Assembly: GCF_009914755.1 (NCBI RefSeq)
Contig: NC_060934.1
Strand: one strand, 5' to 3'
Source of the DNA: the human T2T-CHM13v2.0 reference genome, Homo sapiens
Length of the DNA: 64,000 nucleotides
Both the position numbers and the translations under genes were made by a program. Of the stretch, positions 1 through 14,952 are shown one piece after another. The number at the start of each line of letters is the position of its first letter. Positions within the stretch are counted from its first letter, which is position 1. A model generated the notes under the pieces. The model was given only the letters and a program-made list of their open reading frames with translations, was not told where the DNA came from and ran no database searches.

Positions 1-999
1 GTCCTTCTCCCTTCCAGGCTAGGCTCACATGTCACCTCTGCTAGGTGGCATCCCCCAACTCCTGAAAGCGGTCACCCTTGTGTGCTCCATGCTCCCACTC
101 CATCCCCTGCTACCTCTTCCTCTGTTACAGGATAACAATGTTCTCACCTGTCCTCTCCTCTCCAGACTCTGAGCTGCCCAAATAAAATGATCGTGCCTTT
201 TTTCATCCTTATTGCTTTTTTTCCCTTTTAATCCTTGAGTCTCTACTCTGCAGCATCTCCCACATAAGGGAGGACGCTGGGTGGGACTTAGGTGCACAGA
301 AACACCAAGGAGAGCAGCCAGCGTTTGCTGCACACCTACTTTGCGCCAGGTCCTGGGCTGAGCCTTGCGTGTGCCTCTCATCCAATGCTCCCTGCAGCCT
401 CCCTGTGGGGACAGTTTGTGAGGACAGTAGCCTGGGAGAAGCATGAGGGCTGGGGTCCTGGGCAGGGATGCTGAAGCGGGAAAGGCCCTCCAGCCAGCGA
501 GGCCTCCCCCAAACTGGAACTGACCCTGTCCTAATAAGAGGTAGTATTTCGTCTTCTCCAAGCTCGGTTTCTCTTGGTGATCCCAGGGGGCTGCTTCTTG
601 CCTGGCTTGGACTCACTTGGGGGATCATCGTCAACTGCCCAGCATCACTTGGCTCCATGGGAGGGCCTGCGGGGTCTCAGGTTGGCTAAAGTCCACCTCC
701 GGGAAGCGGGGGTCCTGGAAATTGCCCCGGAAGCTCCCAGACTCAGGAGGGGAGGGGATTTTGACGGTCACCCGCTGCATCTCCTACTTATGGGTGCAGA
801 AGTGCCCTGCTCCGCTTGCACATCTCATCTCCAGCCTCCCGGTACCTGGACCAAAGCCTTTGGTGCGACTCACCCAGCCGCTGTGGGGGTCGTCCCGTTC
901 AGTGGTCCACCAGCCCTGAATGCTGTATTGTTAGTGCCCTCCCCGCCTTTAGAATACGAAGAAACTGAAGATCAGGGACGGTAAGCGATTTTGTTCAAG

Positions 1000-1950
1000 A
1001 TGACACAGCCAAAGAGATGCAGAGGGGGCGTCGAGGCGGAAGAGGGGTTCCTCGGGGAGGCCCAATCCCCGGGGACGATAGGGGCTGCGAGAGTGGGCGC
1101 TGTCAGAAGAGGGGCAGCTAGTCCAGGCCAGGCGCCCCAGGATGGGGTAGTGGCTCAGAGGTCGCGGGGTGCTGGAGCTGATGGAGGAATCCTTCCGCAC
1201 ACGCCCGCGGCCCCTCCGCTCCCGCGAGGTCTTGCGGCCGGGCTGCGCTTTCCCAAGCGGCCACCAGGTGGCGGGGCCAGACCGCGCAGACCCCAAGCTT
1301 TGCGCCAGCAGGTGGCGCGTCCCAAGCTCCCCGCCTTCGCCGCGAGGAAGGGTCCTCCCGGGAGCGGACATCTCCAGCCGCGGTCCCCGGGGAGGGCTCC
1401 CCCTTCCGACTCCAGTCTTCCACCGTGGACTCCTGAGAGGGGACGCCTCGGACTCTTGTTCTCACCTCCGTCCCCGGGACGGGCACTTCGCACCGCTGTC
1501 CCCGCAATCCCAAGTCCTGCCAAACTTGTCGCAGCATGCCCACTAGCTTCACCCTGGCTGCCTCTTTCCTGACCCCACAGCCTCCCTGCGGGCCTGCGGA
1601 CAGACGGGGTGCAGCTCACAAGCGACGCCTGGGAGCTCCTCGTGTCCGGATGTCGCGTCCCACCTGGAGCCCCCTGCCTCGGACGCTCAGTAGCCAGGTC
1701 CAAGAATGGCCGGGATGCTGGGGCTGGGGCTTTGCTTCCTGTCTCCAACACTGCGGTGATTCTCAGCTGGGGTCGAGAACCCCTGCCTTCACCGGAGCGC
1801 TGGGGCCAGGCGAGCCCAGACAGGAAGGGGATTGGAAGGGCCTCGCGCTTCCTAAGAGGGCCAGTGAGAGAGAGGGTCTCGGACGCAGGAGACCTGGCCG
1901 CACCCCTGCCCTGCTGGGTAACCTCACGCAAGTCGAGCTCGCTCCTGGGT
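1000..1950. promoter_or_regulatory. Orphan intergenic CpG island with CTCF motifs
   Basis: CpG-dense; CCACCAGGTGGCGG at 1261-1274 and CCAGCAGGTGGCGC at 1305-1318. Confidence 0.75.
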
Positions 1951-3073
1951 CTGTCCCGGGATGGGGAGGGGATGGGCAGGGGATGGGCCAAGGCAGCCCC
2001 TATGGTCCTGCCTTGTCACCAAAAGAGCAGCTGCTACTTTCATGGGCGGGAAGTAGGTGTGGCCTGTCCTTCTGGGGCACTGGCATGTGGGCTGCTGAAT
2101 AAACTGCTCTGTGCTGGGCGCTGCCTCTCCGTAGGAGCGTGCCTGGCAAATGGGAGGACGGGAAGGAAGCCAATATTTAATGAGCAACTAATATGTGCAG
2201 GCTGTGTAGCCACGTCACACATTTAACCTTCTCAGGTGTGCCCGTGTGGTTCTCAGTGATCTGCCCGTCGCTCTGGCACCGTGCTGGCATGTGGTGGGCA
2301 TTCGGTAAACATCGGTGCACGAATGAGTCCCTGTCACCAATCTCTGGAGTAGGTTAATATTGGTGCCTGGGTCAGAGGCTTTGCCCCTGAAGGCTTGTGC
2401 CGGAGCCCTGCTCAGAACTGCAGGAAACTTCCCTGACACTGTCCCTTCCCCAGTTCAGGTGGGCCAGGCTAAACCCCTGAAGGTGGTGCTTCAGACAGCC
2501 CCTGTGGTCCTGCCTTGTCACCAAAAGAGTAGCTGCTACTTTCATGGGTGGGAAGTAGGGGGTGATCTGACCTCCCAGGGCAGAGATATCCACTGACTCC
2601 CAGCAAGGGAGCTGTTAAGGGCAGAGATGATTTCTGATTTCCGGGAAGCTGAGGAAGCTTAGGCTCAGAGTTTCTTGCTTACTTGAAATCTCATGACCGG
2701 AAGAAACCCTGGCAATGCGCTCGCATGATTGTAGGTTTCTGTATTTGTTGGCATTGTGAAATGTGTAATTTGTTATTTCTCATTCTAAATGAATATTCAT
2801 GTTCATACCTAATTTTGAATGGGCAATTTCGTAGTTTCTTTTTTTCCTTAAAGAGAGCCCCTCACATTGCATAGGCGGCAACCAGACCTGACCCACTCCT
2901 GGCCAAGAGGCATTAAACAGGAAGAAATGCTGTCCCTGGGACAGTCCCTTAAGCCAGCTGCCTGTTGCCTTTTCCAACATCCTCCCCAGACGGAGGTCCA
3001 GCCACATTTCCATCAGGCACCAGGCCCCCTCCTGCCACATCAGCCCATCCCCACCTGGTAAAATTAACTTTAG

Positions 3074-3485
3074 TGTTACCGGATGGAGAGTCTTGACTGT
3101 GAGTTGTCCAGGTTCTTGGTGCGTTGAACAAAGCATTGAACAAAATGCACAAACAAAGCAACAAGAGAACGAAGCAGCCAAGGCACAGAAGGCAAGCTGA
3201 AGCAAGCGGCTCAAGAGCCCCGATTACAATGGCTTTTAGGGTTTTTATTAAGCTAGAAGAATTTGGTAACACCCCTACGTGCCCCTTAGAGGCTTCCAGT
3301 TGGTTACACCCTGTGAAGGATTGGCCCTCGACCAATCAGAGGCTGAAGTGAAGACTTCTGTCTTGTTATCAGAGCGAGCACGTGGCCTGGATGCTGCCTA
3401 ATCTTGCCCAGAACCGGCTGCACCTGCTGTTCTCTTGTTTATGCCTTAAACCTTAGTTACCATAATTCCCTATTCTCCTGCCTTA
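3074..3485 (-). mobile_element. ERV1 solo LTR (MER51-like)
   Basis: TGTTACC...CCTGCCTTA ends with a 4-bp TSD TTAG (3070-3073 and 3486-3489); MER51-type core aacaaagcattgaacaaaatgcacaaacaaagc. Confidence 0.75.
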
Positions 3486-3892
3486 TTAGCATGGAGTCAC
3501 AAACTAACAAGGGCTAGAAAGTGGGCTTGGCAGGGATACAGCAAAACTCCATGCCCTAGTTTCCACCATGGGTACAGCTGCCCCTTGTCCAGAGGTGTCC
3601 ACAGCGTAGGTACCTGGTGGATGGGTCAAGGGGAAGGAAGTCAATGGCCAGTCCAGAAGCTTTCCCCACAGCGTCTTTTGATGTTGTGCTGACCGGGAAG
3701 TGGTGTTGTGCCCTGGTGGTCAAGACCTTTGCCTGTGGAGACATGCTGCCTGGCCAGCCTCCATGCTGGGCAGGTTTCTTGACTGACACGGAAGTGAAGT
3801 AGATAGTACCTACCTCAAAGGGTGGTTGTGAGGCCCAAATGAGATAATACATGTAAATCCTGTGGCAGTGTGCCCAGCTGTGCAAGATCTTA

Positions 3893-4739
<847 letters not shown>

Positions 4740-5119
4740 TGATGGAGGAAGAAGAGGTAAATTTCAAGGTAAGAACCTCAGGCCTGGTGGACTTAGGAGG
4801 GGTTTGCAAGATATGCTCAGTGTGGCCACCACTGAGGCCCCAGTCTTTGGGCAGAGGTAGTCTAGGCAGCCCCCACCCAGGTGGGGCACCCACAGCAGCC
4901 GGCAGTCACCACATGTTGGATGGGAGACTTTCTTCTGCAGCTCCTGCCTTGATGCTCTGGGCATGACTATCTTTCTTCCCCAGCCTGTGCTTGTCACATT
5001 CTCCTGGCTTCCCAGGCACCACATTTGCCTGGTGCTCACTCTCATCTCCCTCACCTACCCCTCCTTGTTGGCCCGTGTGTTCCATGGCTTATACCTTGGA
5101 TACTCGGTCTCTTGCTCGT

Positions 5120-5455
5120 TGATATGGTTCGACTGTGTCCCCACCCAAATCTCCTCTTGAATTGTAGCTCTCATAATTCCCACGTGATGTAGGAGGGACC
5201 CGGTGGGAGATGATTGAATCATGGGGGCAGTTTCCCCTATACTGTTCTAGTGATAGTGAATAAGTCTCATGAGATCAGATGGTTTTATAAGGAGAAACCC
5301 CTTTCGCTTGGTTCTCATTCTCTCTCTTGCCTTCTGCCATGATTGTGAGGCCGCCCCCGCCACTTAGACCTGTGAGTCCATTAAATCTCTTTTTCTTTAC
5401 AAATTGCCTAGTCTCGGGTATGTCTTTATCAGCAGCGTGAAAATGGGTGAATACA
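5120..5455 (+). mobile_element. THE1 (MaLR) solo LTR, THE1C/D-like
   Basis: TGATATGGTT..CTGTGTCCCCACCCAAATCTC start and ..TTTATCAGCAGCGTGAAAATGG..AATACA end. Confidence 0.85.
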
Positions 5456-8400
5456 TCTGTCTCTGCACCCTCACCATGGTCTCATCACTCTGGTGGATAA
5501 AAAGGCTGCCTCCCTCCCTGAGTTCTCCCCAGAACTCCGGACTCCCAAACTCCTCCTGGGCACCTCTAACCCGACACATCCCAAAGCAAGCGCCCCTCCT
5601 GCCATCTCCGTGAGTGGCAGCTCCAGCAGCCCCACCCGGACTGTCTCCATTCAGCTTTCTCCTCCTGCTCTAACTTGAGGGGCGCGTGTGCAACTGTAGC
5701 CCCCCAGTCTTGCCTGTACCTCCCAGAGATGCTGATGCAGCCAGTTTCAGGTGGTGGAGCTGGGCATTTGTTTATTTTAGAAGCTCCCAGGGGACTCTGG
5801 TTATGATTTCATTCATTGACTCATTCACAGGCCTTTGTTCAGCGACTAGTGCCAGACACGGGAGTGTTATCTCTAAGGAGTGACCCGATGCACAGGCACC
5901 TGGTGGCTACTAATGCATGCTTGCAGGATGACAGTGCAGCCAATCGAGGTGCTGACCCAGACCCCTCTCCCCACAGACTGAGAGCCAATAAGACGTGCTG
6001 GGTGGAGGCTGGCGAGGTTGAGCGGCAGCCCCTGTGTTCTCTGCCCCACCCGGCTCTCTGAAAGCCAGGCACATGCTATGGCTGGCAGAGGGCTGGCCAG
6101 GGTCGAGTAGCCTGGGCAGATTGGTGGTTGCCATGGTGACTGATGTGCATCTCCATGCAGCAGAAAACTTTGAAGTTGACTTGGATGTGGGACAACAAAG
6201 GGCACTTCCATCTTGGATGCAAATTGTGGCTCCTTTTCATCCTCCCTGGCCCTCTACTCCTCTGCTTTTATTCTTGTCATTAGATCAGGAAATTAAAACC
6301 TTTCAAATGCTGTACATTCCAAACATAGGCAATTACAGACCCTGTCTCAGAGGCAAGTCCCTCCTTTAGCCTCTTCAAAAAGTAGTTGCATTTGTAGAAA
6401 AACAGAGATGACTGTGCAAAGGCCGTCAGCATTGCCTGTGTGTCTCTTCCAACAAATATTTATTTATGCAAAAAATGTATGTTGATCCAACTAATCTGTA
6501 TCTGTCCAACCGATATTTATTGGGCATCTATATGTGCCAGGACTGACTGAGGTGGATGCTGGGGATGCAGTGTGCTATAAGACCAACCAGGTCTTTGCTC
6601 TCACATAGTGTATGGTCAGGACTGTCGCTCTGTGCCTCAGTTTCTCCAGTGTATAAGCCAGTGGAAGTAGCCCAGGCATTTTCATGTGGCGTTTTCTGAA
6701 ACCCATGGGCAGATCGGAGTCTCTTATCCCTGATTTGGTCTGAGTAGCTTTGCTTTGCTATGTTTTATATTTGGCTTCTTATAATGTTTTGTTTGAATAC
6801 AGAAGTCCATAATTAAAGACAGAAAGGGTGGGGTAGAACTGAACACCACTGACCAAGGATTCCCTAAGGTTTTTCCAGGTGGAATGTTCTGTGATGTTGC
6901 CAGCTAAGAGGACTGTAGGTTCTCTGGGCTGCTAGGCCACAACAAGGGGGCTGATATACGGGACCGGGTCAGTTGCATTTAGGATGTAAACCTGCCTGAG
7001 ATGATTGACATCTGCCTTCATTTTAAATAATGCAACAAGAGAGCAAATCCTGCCATGTTTCTCACTGAGGTGACCAAGGGCTTCATTTCCAAAGGCATCT
7101 TCCCTCTCACACTCCGGATCCTACCTGGGCCTCAAGGCCCCACCATCACCCCTTGCTCCCAGAGCTCCTTCAGGGCCAGCAGCCTTCAGGGACGATGCCC
7201 TTTTCCGGGATGCCCCTGCCCCAGCTGCTCTTGATGCACCCACTCTGTGATGATGTGGGGTCCTGGCCTCTCTCTCCAGCTGGGCTGTGTGTTCTTCAAG
7301 CGTGAGGCTTGTTGAAGGGATGTTAGGTGAGGTACCGGTTGGTCTTCCTTATTCCCTGAAATGCAGGTGGGAGAAGCTAGTAGCAGCCCAGTGGGCCAGC
7401 CCTCTGCCACCTTTCCCTCCCTTCTCAGCACCCTCCCTCCTTCCTTCTCAACAGGTGACTGAGGGACACCAGGCTCTGATGACAAAGACATCCTGACTCT
7501 TTTCCAAAAGCCACATACAATGTCTGGGCAGGGAAACAAGAAGTGGGACCGTGCATTTTATGGATAATCTTTTGTTTTGAAAGCTTCAGCAAAGCACTTA
7601 TTGACACAGCCAAATCAGACAACTGTCATGTGCCGCCTGCTGCCTGGGCCTGCTCCAGGTCCCAGCTGTCACTCTCCCCTAGGCTGAGCTGTCTTGTGTT
7701 TGTTTCTTTGGGATGCACATTCCTTCTCTCCCTGAAGGCTAAATTCATGCAAAGAGCAAGGAAAGCTTCGGGGCTGCAGAGCAGCTTGTATCAAAACACC
7801 CTGAGCTGTCTGAAGCCGCCCACCCTGGGGGCTGTTGGAATTTTGTTCTCTTCTCTTGTTGTCATGGGGCCTACACAGAGATCAGAGGCACCTTAGGAGC
7901 CAAGGCTGTGTCTTCCACTGCATTCCACAAGGCCCTTCAGGCCCTCTGTTAACTCACCCATCTAAGAGGTGAATGGCCCCCATTCTCCAGAATCATGGAG
8001 GAATCCCAGGACAGTGAGGACCACACACAGATGGCCTTCCAGGAGACTGGACAGCTGGGCTGACTGCAAGATGGCTGGCTCCTGGCCTTCTGTGGTGGGT
8101 GGATACTGATGCCCTTGGCCTTCAGGTGGCCTGAAGATGCCAGCCCCATTTTGCTCAGAACCCAAGGCCTCAAAATTCCCTCTTTGCACCCCTCCTTTGA
8201 GTCCACTCCCATCCTCTTTGAGCCTGAGCTGTTTGTTCTGAGCTGTGTTTCTCCCTCTTCAGGTCCACCCCACCTACCCCTGCCAGGGGATGACCCCCTC
8301 TCCATGGCTTTAATGTCCCACCCCCTACATGGAAGCCTCTCTCTTGCCCCCAGAGTATGGCGGAGCTCTGTGGACTTGAACGAGGGATTTTTTCCAGCTC

Positions 8401-9087
8401 TAATTGCATGTCGATTAGTGCCCAGCCCCCATGCAGTGTTAGTTCCACGAGGCAGGATGACTGATTGATTCACCACTGTGACCTCAGAGCCTAGCACAAC
8501 TTCTGGCACATAATAGGTGATCAACAAAAATGAATGCATGAACAGCAGATGGCTCAAAATGAGCCTTAATTATGTGGCAGGACTACAGGATCTAGAAGGC
8601 CTTCTGGAGCCCGCTGGTGCTGGGCTGGAAAGCTGAGCCCGGGTCTGAACCTGAAAGGAGTCACCATTCACCTGGGAAAAGACCTGGGCAAGGAGGAGCC
8701 TGGATAGGAGGGGAGATGAGTCAGAACATCCTTTGCTCTGTGCCAGTCACTTTGCTATGGTCCTTACATCTTTTAATCATCACAAGACATACAAAGGAGG
8801 TGCTATTATGATCCCCAGGGCTGAGATGTGAAGTGACTTGCTCGCAGTCCCCTACTCAGTAAGTGGTAAAACAAGAAAGGGATCCAAATGAGAAAGTTTT
8901 TCTCCAGAGCTTGGCTCTTACTTGACCACACGTCGCATGCACTGTGCAGTCTTCAGCTGACCCTTGGTTTTGGCTGCAGTCATACCAAGAAGGGGCCGAA
9001 CACCTGTCTCTTTAAAGTGGGCAATGGATATGTCTGTCATTGCCGTGTTACTGTTGCCTCCTTTCAGAAATAAAGAAAAGTGTTCTT

Positions 9088-9437
<350 letters not shown>

Positions 9438-10001
9438 TCAACCCCATATATGCAGGGCCATGGCCTCCACTATCGATGCCCATAGTGACAGGCACCGAGG
9501 CCAGCACATGGTAGGCCCTAAGCTAAGATTTGCTGATGGGGACTCAGCCTCCCTAGAAGTTAGAGGGACTGGAAATGCTCTTTCCCCACCTGTTGACATC
9601 CCCACCTGCTGCCTGGGGACCAGCAGGATCCTGCCATGAGTACAGGGATCAGAGGCCTAGGTTGGTTGGCACCCACCAAGCCTACTCTGGCCAGGCTTTG
9701 AGGGTGTGTTGGAGAGGGCCTCCTGGCGTTCCAGATGGAGTGCTGGTGTGAAAAAGCATCTCTTCCCCTGCTCACTCCCTCAGCCTTCTCTCCCCACTGT
9801 AGATTTCAAACTAGCAAAAATGAAAGTGTGGCCTGGGGACCAGATCAATGTAAGCGTGCAATTGTTTTCCGTCCTTAACAGGATAAGTTTCTTGCACCTG
9901 AACATCAGTCAATTATATCCCCAAGAACACTGTTTAGTACAGCAGGCAGTTTTTTTTTGGTAGCAAGGCTTTCTTGATGAAGAATGCAGTGTGTTAACGA
10001 T

Positions 10002-10336
10002 TGTTAAAGAAAAAGTTATTCTGACCCTTGTTCAAACAGCAAGGAAGACTTTATTCTGGACCATTCTGATAGGTGTCAAGACTATCACAATAGGGGAACC
10101 AGATCAAGCTCAGCTCAGAATACAGCGGAGACAGCTGGGGGCTTCAGAATCTTGCTGGAGGCAAGTCAGGGAGATCAGATTACAAGAGTGGAGAGAGACT
10201 CTCAATAAGCTGACTTAGAAGAATTCTTGCTATAACTGAACTAGGGAGGCTGAAGACAGGGCCCCAGGGTAAGACCTAGTCAGAAAGAGGGCTCTGAGGG
10301 GTCGGTCTAAAGTTTGCTCAAAGAGAGTCTTTGCCA
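10002..10336 (-). mobile_element. ERV1 LTR remnant (MER31/MER67-like)
   Basis: TGTTAAAGAAAAAGTTATTCTGAC...AAGACTTTATTC...GAGAGTCTTTGCCA resembles the remembered consensus. Confidence 0.6.
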
Positions 10337-10396
10337 AGCTCCCTATCCCATCATGTGCCTAGAAAGAGCAGTTGGCCAACTGGCCATTTTGAGGAG

Positions 10397-10753
10397 TGTT
10401 ATGGTTAGAATGTCCAAAGTCATGTTGAAATTTAATTGCCATTTTGATGGTATTAAGAGGTGAAAACTTTAAGGAATGATTAGGTCATGAGAGATCTCCT
10501 CTCATGAATGGATTAATGCCGTTATCACAGGACTGGGTTATTTTCTGGGAGTCTGGCCTCCTTTTACGCTGCCTCATGTGCCTGCTCACCACGTGATGCC
10601 TTCCATCTTCAAACATGGAATGTCTCTTGCGAGATGCTGGAGCCATGATCTGGGACTTCCCAGCCTCCATAACTGTGAGCTACATAAACTTCTATTCTTG
10701 ATAAATTATCCAGTCTGTGGTGTTGTTATACCAGCAAAAAATGGACTAAGACA
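10397..10753 (+). mobile_element. MaLR LTR (MST-type)
   Basis: TGTTATGGTT..gaaatttaattgcc..ggacttcccagcctcc..AATGGACTAAGACA. Confidence 0.75.
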
Positions 10754-10935
10754 AGTAACACTGCTCTGAACAATCTCATCTTCATTTCTTTCTTCAAAAG
10801 TTTTCTTCCCTTGGTCTTGCCTAGAGAAACTTCTAGAAGAATATTGGAAGCTGTTTAATTGGAGCAAGATTCAATGGACAATAGTAAAGAAAAATACATA
10901 CTTCTGCCTGAGAATAACAAGACTGAATTAAAACC

Positions 10936-11066
10936 TTTTTTTTTTTTTTTTGAGATGGAGTCTCATTATGTTGCTCAGGCTGGCTATGAACTCCTGGGTT
11001 CAAGCGATCCTTCTGCCTCAGCCTTCTGAATATCTGGGACCACAGGCACAGGCCACTACACCCAGC
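10936..11066 (-). mobile_element. Alu monomer (FLAM/AluJ-type)
   Basis: PolyT plus a single arm; TSD aagactgaatt. Confidence 0.8.
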
Positions 11067-11716
11067 TAAGACTGAATTTTAAAAAGGAACAAGAGTTATT
11101 TCCTAGGGAAATGAGGGTGTTCAGCGCCAAGAGCTGAGCCTGTGAGGCACGCTGGACATGTGCCCTGGGGGTTCTTTTGTACACCCCTGGCAGGTTATGG
11201 GGTTGGAGACATGACTGGGAGGGAGAGGAGAGACAAGAGGTGGATGGAGGAGAATTCTACATCTACAGTTTCTACTTACCCAACGTTCTTCTAGAACCTT
11301 CAACGCTATGCTGACCAAGACTGGCCAGGATGAACCCAAGGCAGGAACCACCCCTACAGCTGTGAGGCTCCCGGCGCTTCTCCATTCATTGTGCCATGTG
11401 AGGCAGGAGGGCTGAGAGTCATCTCTTTAGTGGAGGAAACCCTGAAGCTCAGGGGATGAGGGGTGTGACCCTGATCTTACAGCCAATGAACGGAAGAAGA
11501 GATTCCAGCCAGCATTTCCCCAAACACTCCCAGCCACTGGGCGGTGCTGTTCTCTAGAAGAAAACAGTCATGAAATATGGGGAAATAGGTTTTTGCAGTG
11601 GGCTCTATCCGCAATGGAAAATTTCCCACTCTCCATCCAACTGTGCCACCACTGGGAATTTCCAAACGTGATCATTGCATAGGTGTGAAAGAAGTGATCA
11701 TGGAGATTGTTCCTTG

Positions 11717-11797
11717 TGGCATTATTCATCATGGACAATGGCATTATTTATCATGGACAATGGCATTATTCTTCATGGGCAATGGCATTATTTATCA
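11717..11797. repeat. 22-bp minisatellite, ~3.7 copies
   Basis: Unit tggcattatt(c/t)atcatggacaa. Confidence 0.9.
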
Positions 11798-12277
11798 AAC
11801 ACAAACAAGGCAGATGTCCACTGAAAGAGAACAATTCGATAAAATCTTGTGCATTCACATGCTGAGCTCCTTTGAACGACTGAAAGCAAAACTTATTTGC
11901 AATCTACATAGTTTTGCAGTAAGGCAATCACAAAATAAAAGATATTTTTAAAAATTATTGGAATAGTTTGCCAGAAAAGGATATCATTATCAAAAGTAAA
12001 CTCAATGTGCAATAATTGTGCACAGCTCCGTGTGTGTGCAAAGCCTTGTGCTTAGGTCTGTGGAGGGACCAACATTTAATGACACCCAATCTTGTCCTCT
12101 GAGGATTCACATTTGGAGAGAGCTGGGACAGGGCTCTCCCTCTCACCTGGGAGAGGCAGTGCAAAGCCTTCTGGGGAAAGGCAAGGGTTCACATGGGCTT
12201 GGGTTCAAGTTCTTAGGTGGGGGGGAGATCAAGGTAAAAACAAAGGTCATACAGTGTACCAGGTGCTGGGATGCCGG

Positions 12278-12637
12278 TGTCTTTGGTCTGTTCAGGCTGC
12301 TGTAACAAAGCACCACAGACTGCGTGCCTGAGAAATGGCAGACATTGCTCACCTGTCTGGAGGCAGGAAGTCCAAAATTATGGTGCCAGGAGGGTCAGGT
12401 TCTGGTGAGAGACCTCTTCTGGAGAGTAAATGGTTGGCTCCTCACTTATCCTAACATGATGGAAAGAGGGCTAGAGAGCTCTCTGGGGTCTGTTTTATAA
12501 GGGCATGAATCCTATTCATGAGGGCTCCACCCTCATGACCTGACTGCTCTTGAAGGCCCCACCTTCTAATACCATCACACTGGGGGTTAGGATTTTAACA
12601 TATGAACAGGGGGAACTCAAATATTCAGTCCATTGTA
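12278..12637 (-). mobile_element. MaLR LTR (MLT1A-like)
   Basis: caggctgctgtaacaaagcaccacagact..gaagtccaa..gagggctccaccctcatgacct..ggattttaacatatgaa. Confidence 0.75.
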
Positions 12638-12696
12638 TAGAGGGTGCACTCAGGGGAGGAGAAGTCAGTGGTGGTGATGTTGCTTGAAGGAGAGCA

Positions 12697-13148
12697 TCTT
12701 CCCTCTCTTCCTTCCCTCCCTCTTTCCCTTCCTCCATCCTTCCCCTTCCCTTTCTCCCTTACTCCCTTCCTCCCTCCTTCCCTTCCTTCCTTCCTCATTC
12801 CCTCCCTCCCTCTCTCCTTTCCTTCCTTCCTCCCTCCTTCCTTCCTTCCCTTCCTTCCCCTCTTCCTCCCTCTCTTCCTTCTTCCCTTCCTCTTCCCTCC
12901 CTCCTTTCCTTCCTTCCTCACTTCCTCCCTTTTCCCATCTTTCCCTTCCTCCTCCTTCCCTCTCTCCTTCCCTTCTTCCCTCCCTCCCTCCTTCTCCCCT
13001 TCCTTCCCTCCCTCTTTTCCTCCTTCCCTTCCTCCCTCCCTCTCTCTCTCCTTCCCTTCCTCCCTCCCTCTTTCTCTCCTTCCTTTCATATCTCCTTTCC
13101 TCCCTCCTTCACTCCCTTCCTTCCTCCCTCTGTCTTTCCCTTCCTCAC
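12697..13148. repeat. CT-rich polypyrimidine low-complexity tract (~450 bp)
   Basis: Almost entirely C/T (cctt and ccct units). Confidence 0.95.
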
Positions 13149-13149
13149 T

Positions 13150-13998
<849 letters not shown>

Positions 13999-14444
13999 GA
14001 ACTTGTGGTGAATAAAACTTCAAAAAAATCTGGATGGGCATACATTTACAACTGGGAAGTGAAAAATATTCACCCTGGTAAACTCCCCATCTCCCCATGA
14101 TTTTTATTCCCTGGAACTAATTCCTGTCAACACCATGGTGGGTTAATCAACTTCCATTCAGAACTGGTCCATCGGCATTTGGCCCAGACACATGTATTAC
14201 AGCCTTTTGAAGAAATTTATTTGTTTACCTAAATTGGATCATCCCAGACATGCTGGTCTGTGAGCTTTGGTTTCACTGAAGAATAATATGTCTTCCATAT
14301 TTCCCATGGTAAACACTGAGTTACTTAATTTTCTCTACTGGTCATGTGGTGCTCCACTGTTCAGGTGGACATTGCTTAGCTTTGCAGGTCCCTATGGGCA
14401 GGCATTCTGGAGGTTTACCAGGTTTTTCCTATTGCAATTCTGAA

Positions 14445-14952
<508 letters not shown>

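Noticed and set aside
949-2226. Stacked 140-278 aa ORFs in the upstream CpG island
   Set aside because: Same GC-content artefact; several lack ATG starts, and there is no supporting exon structure or homology.
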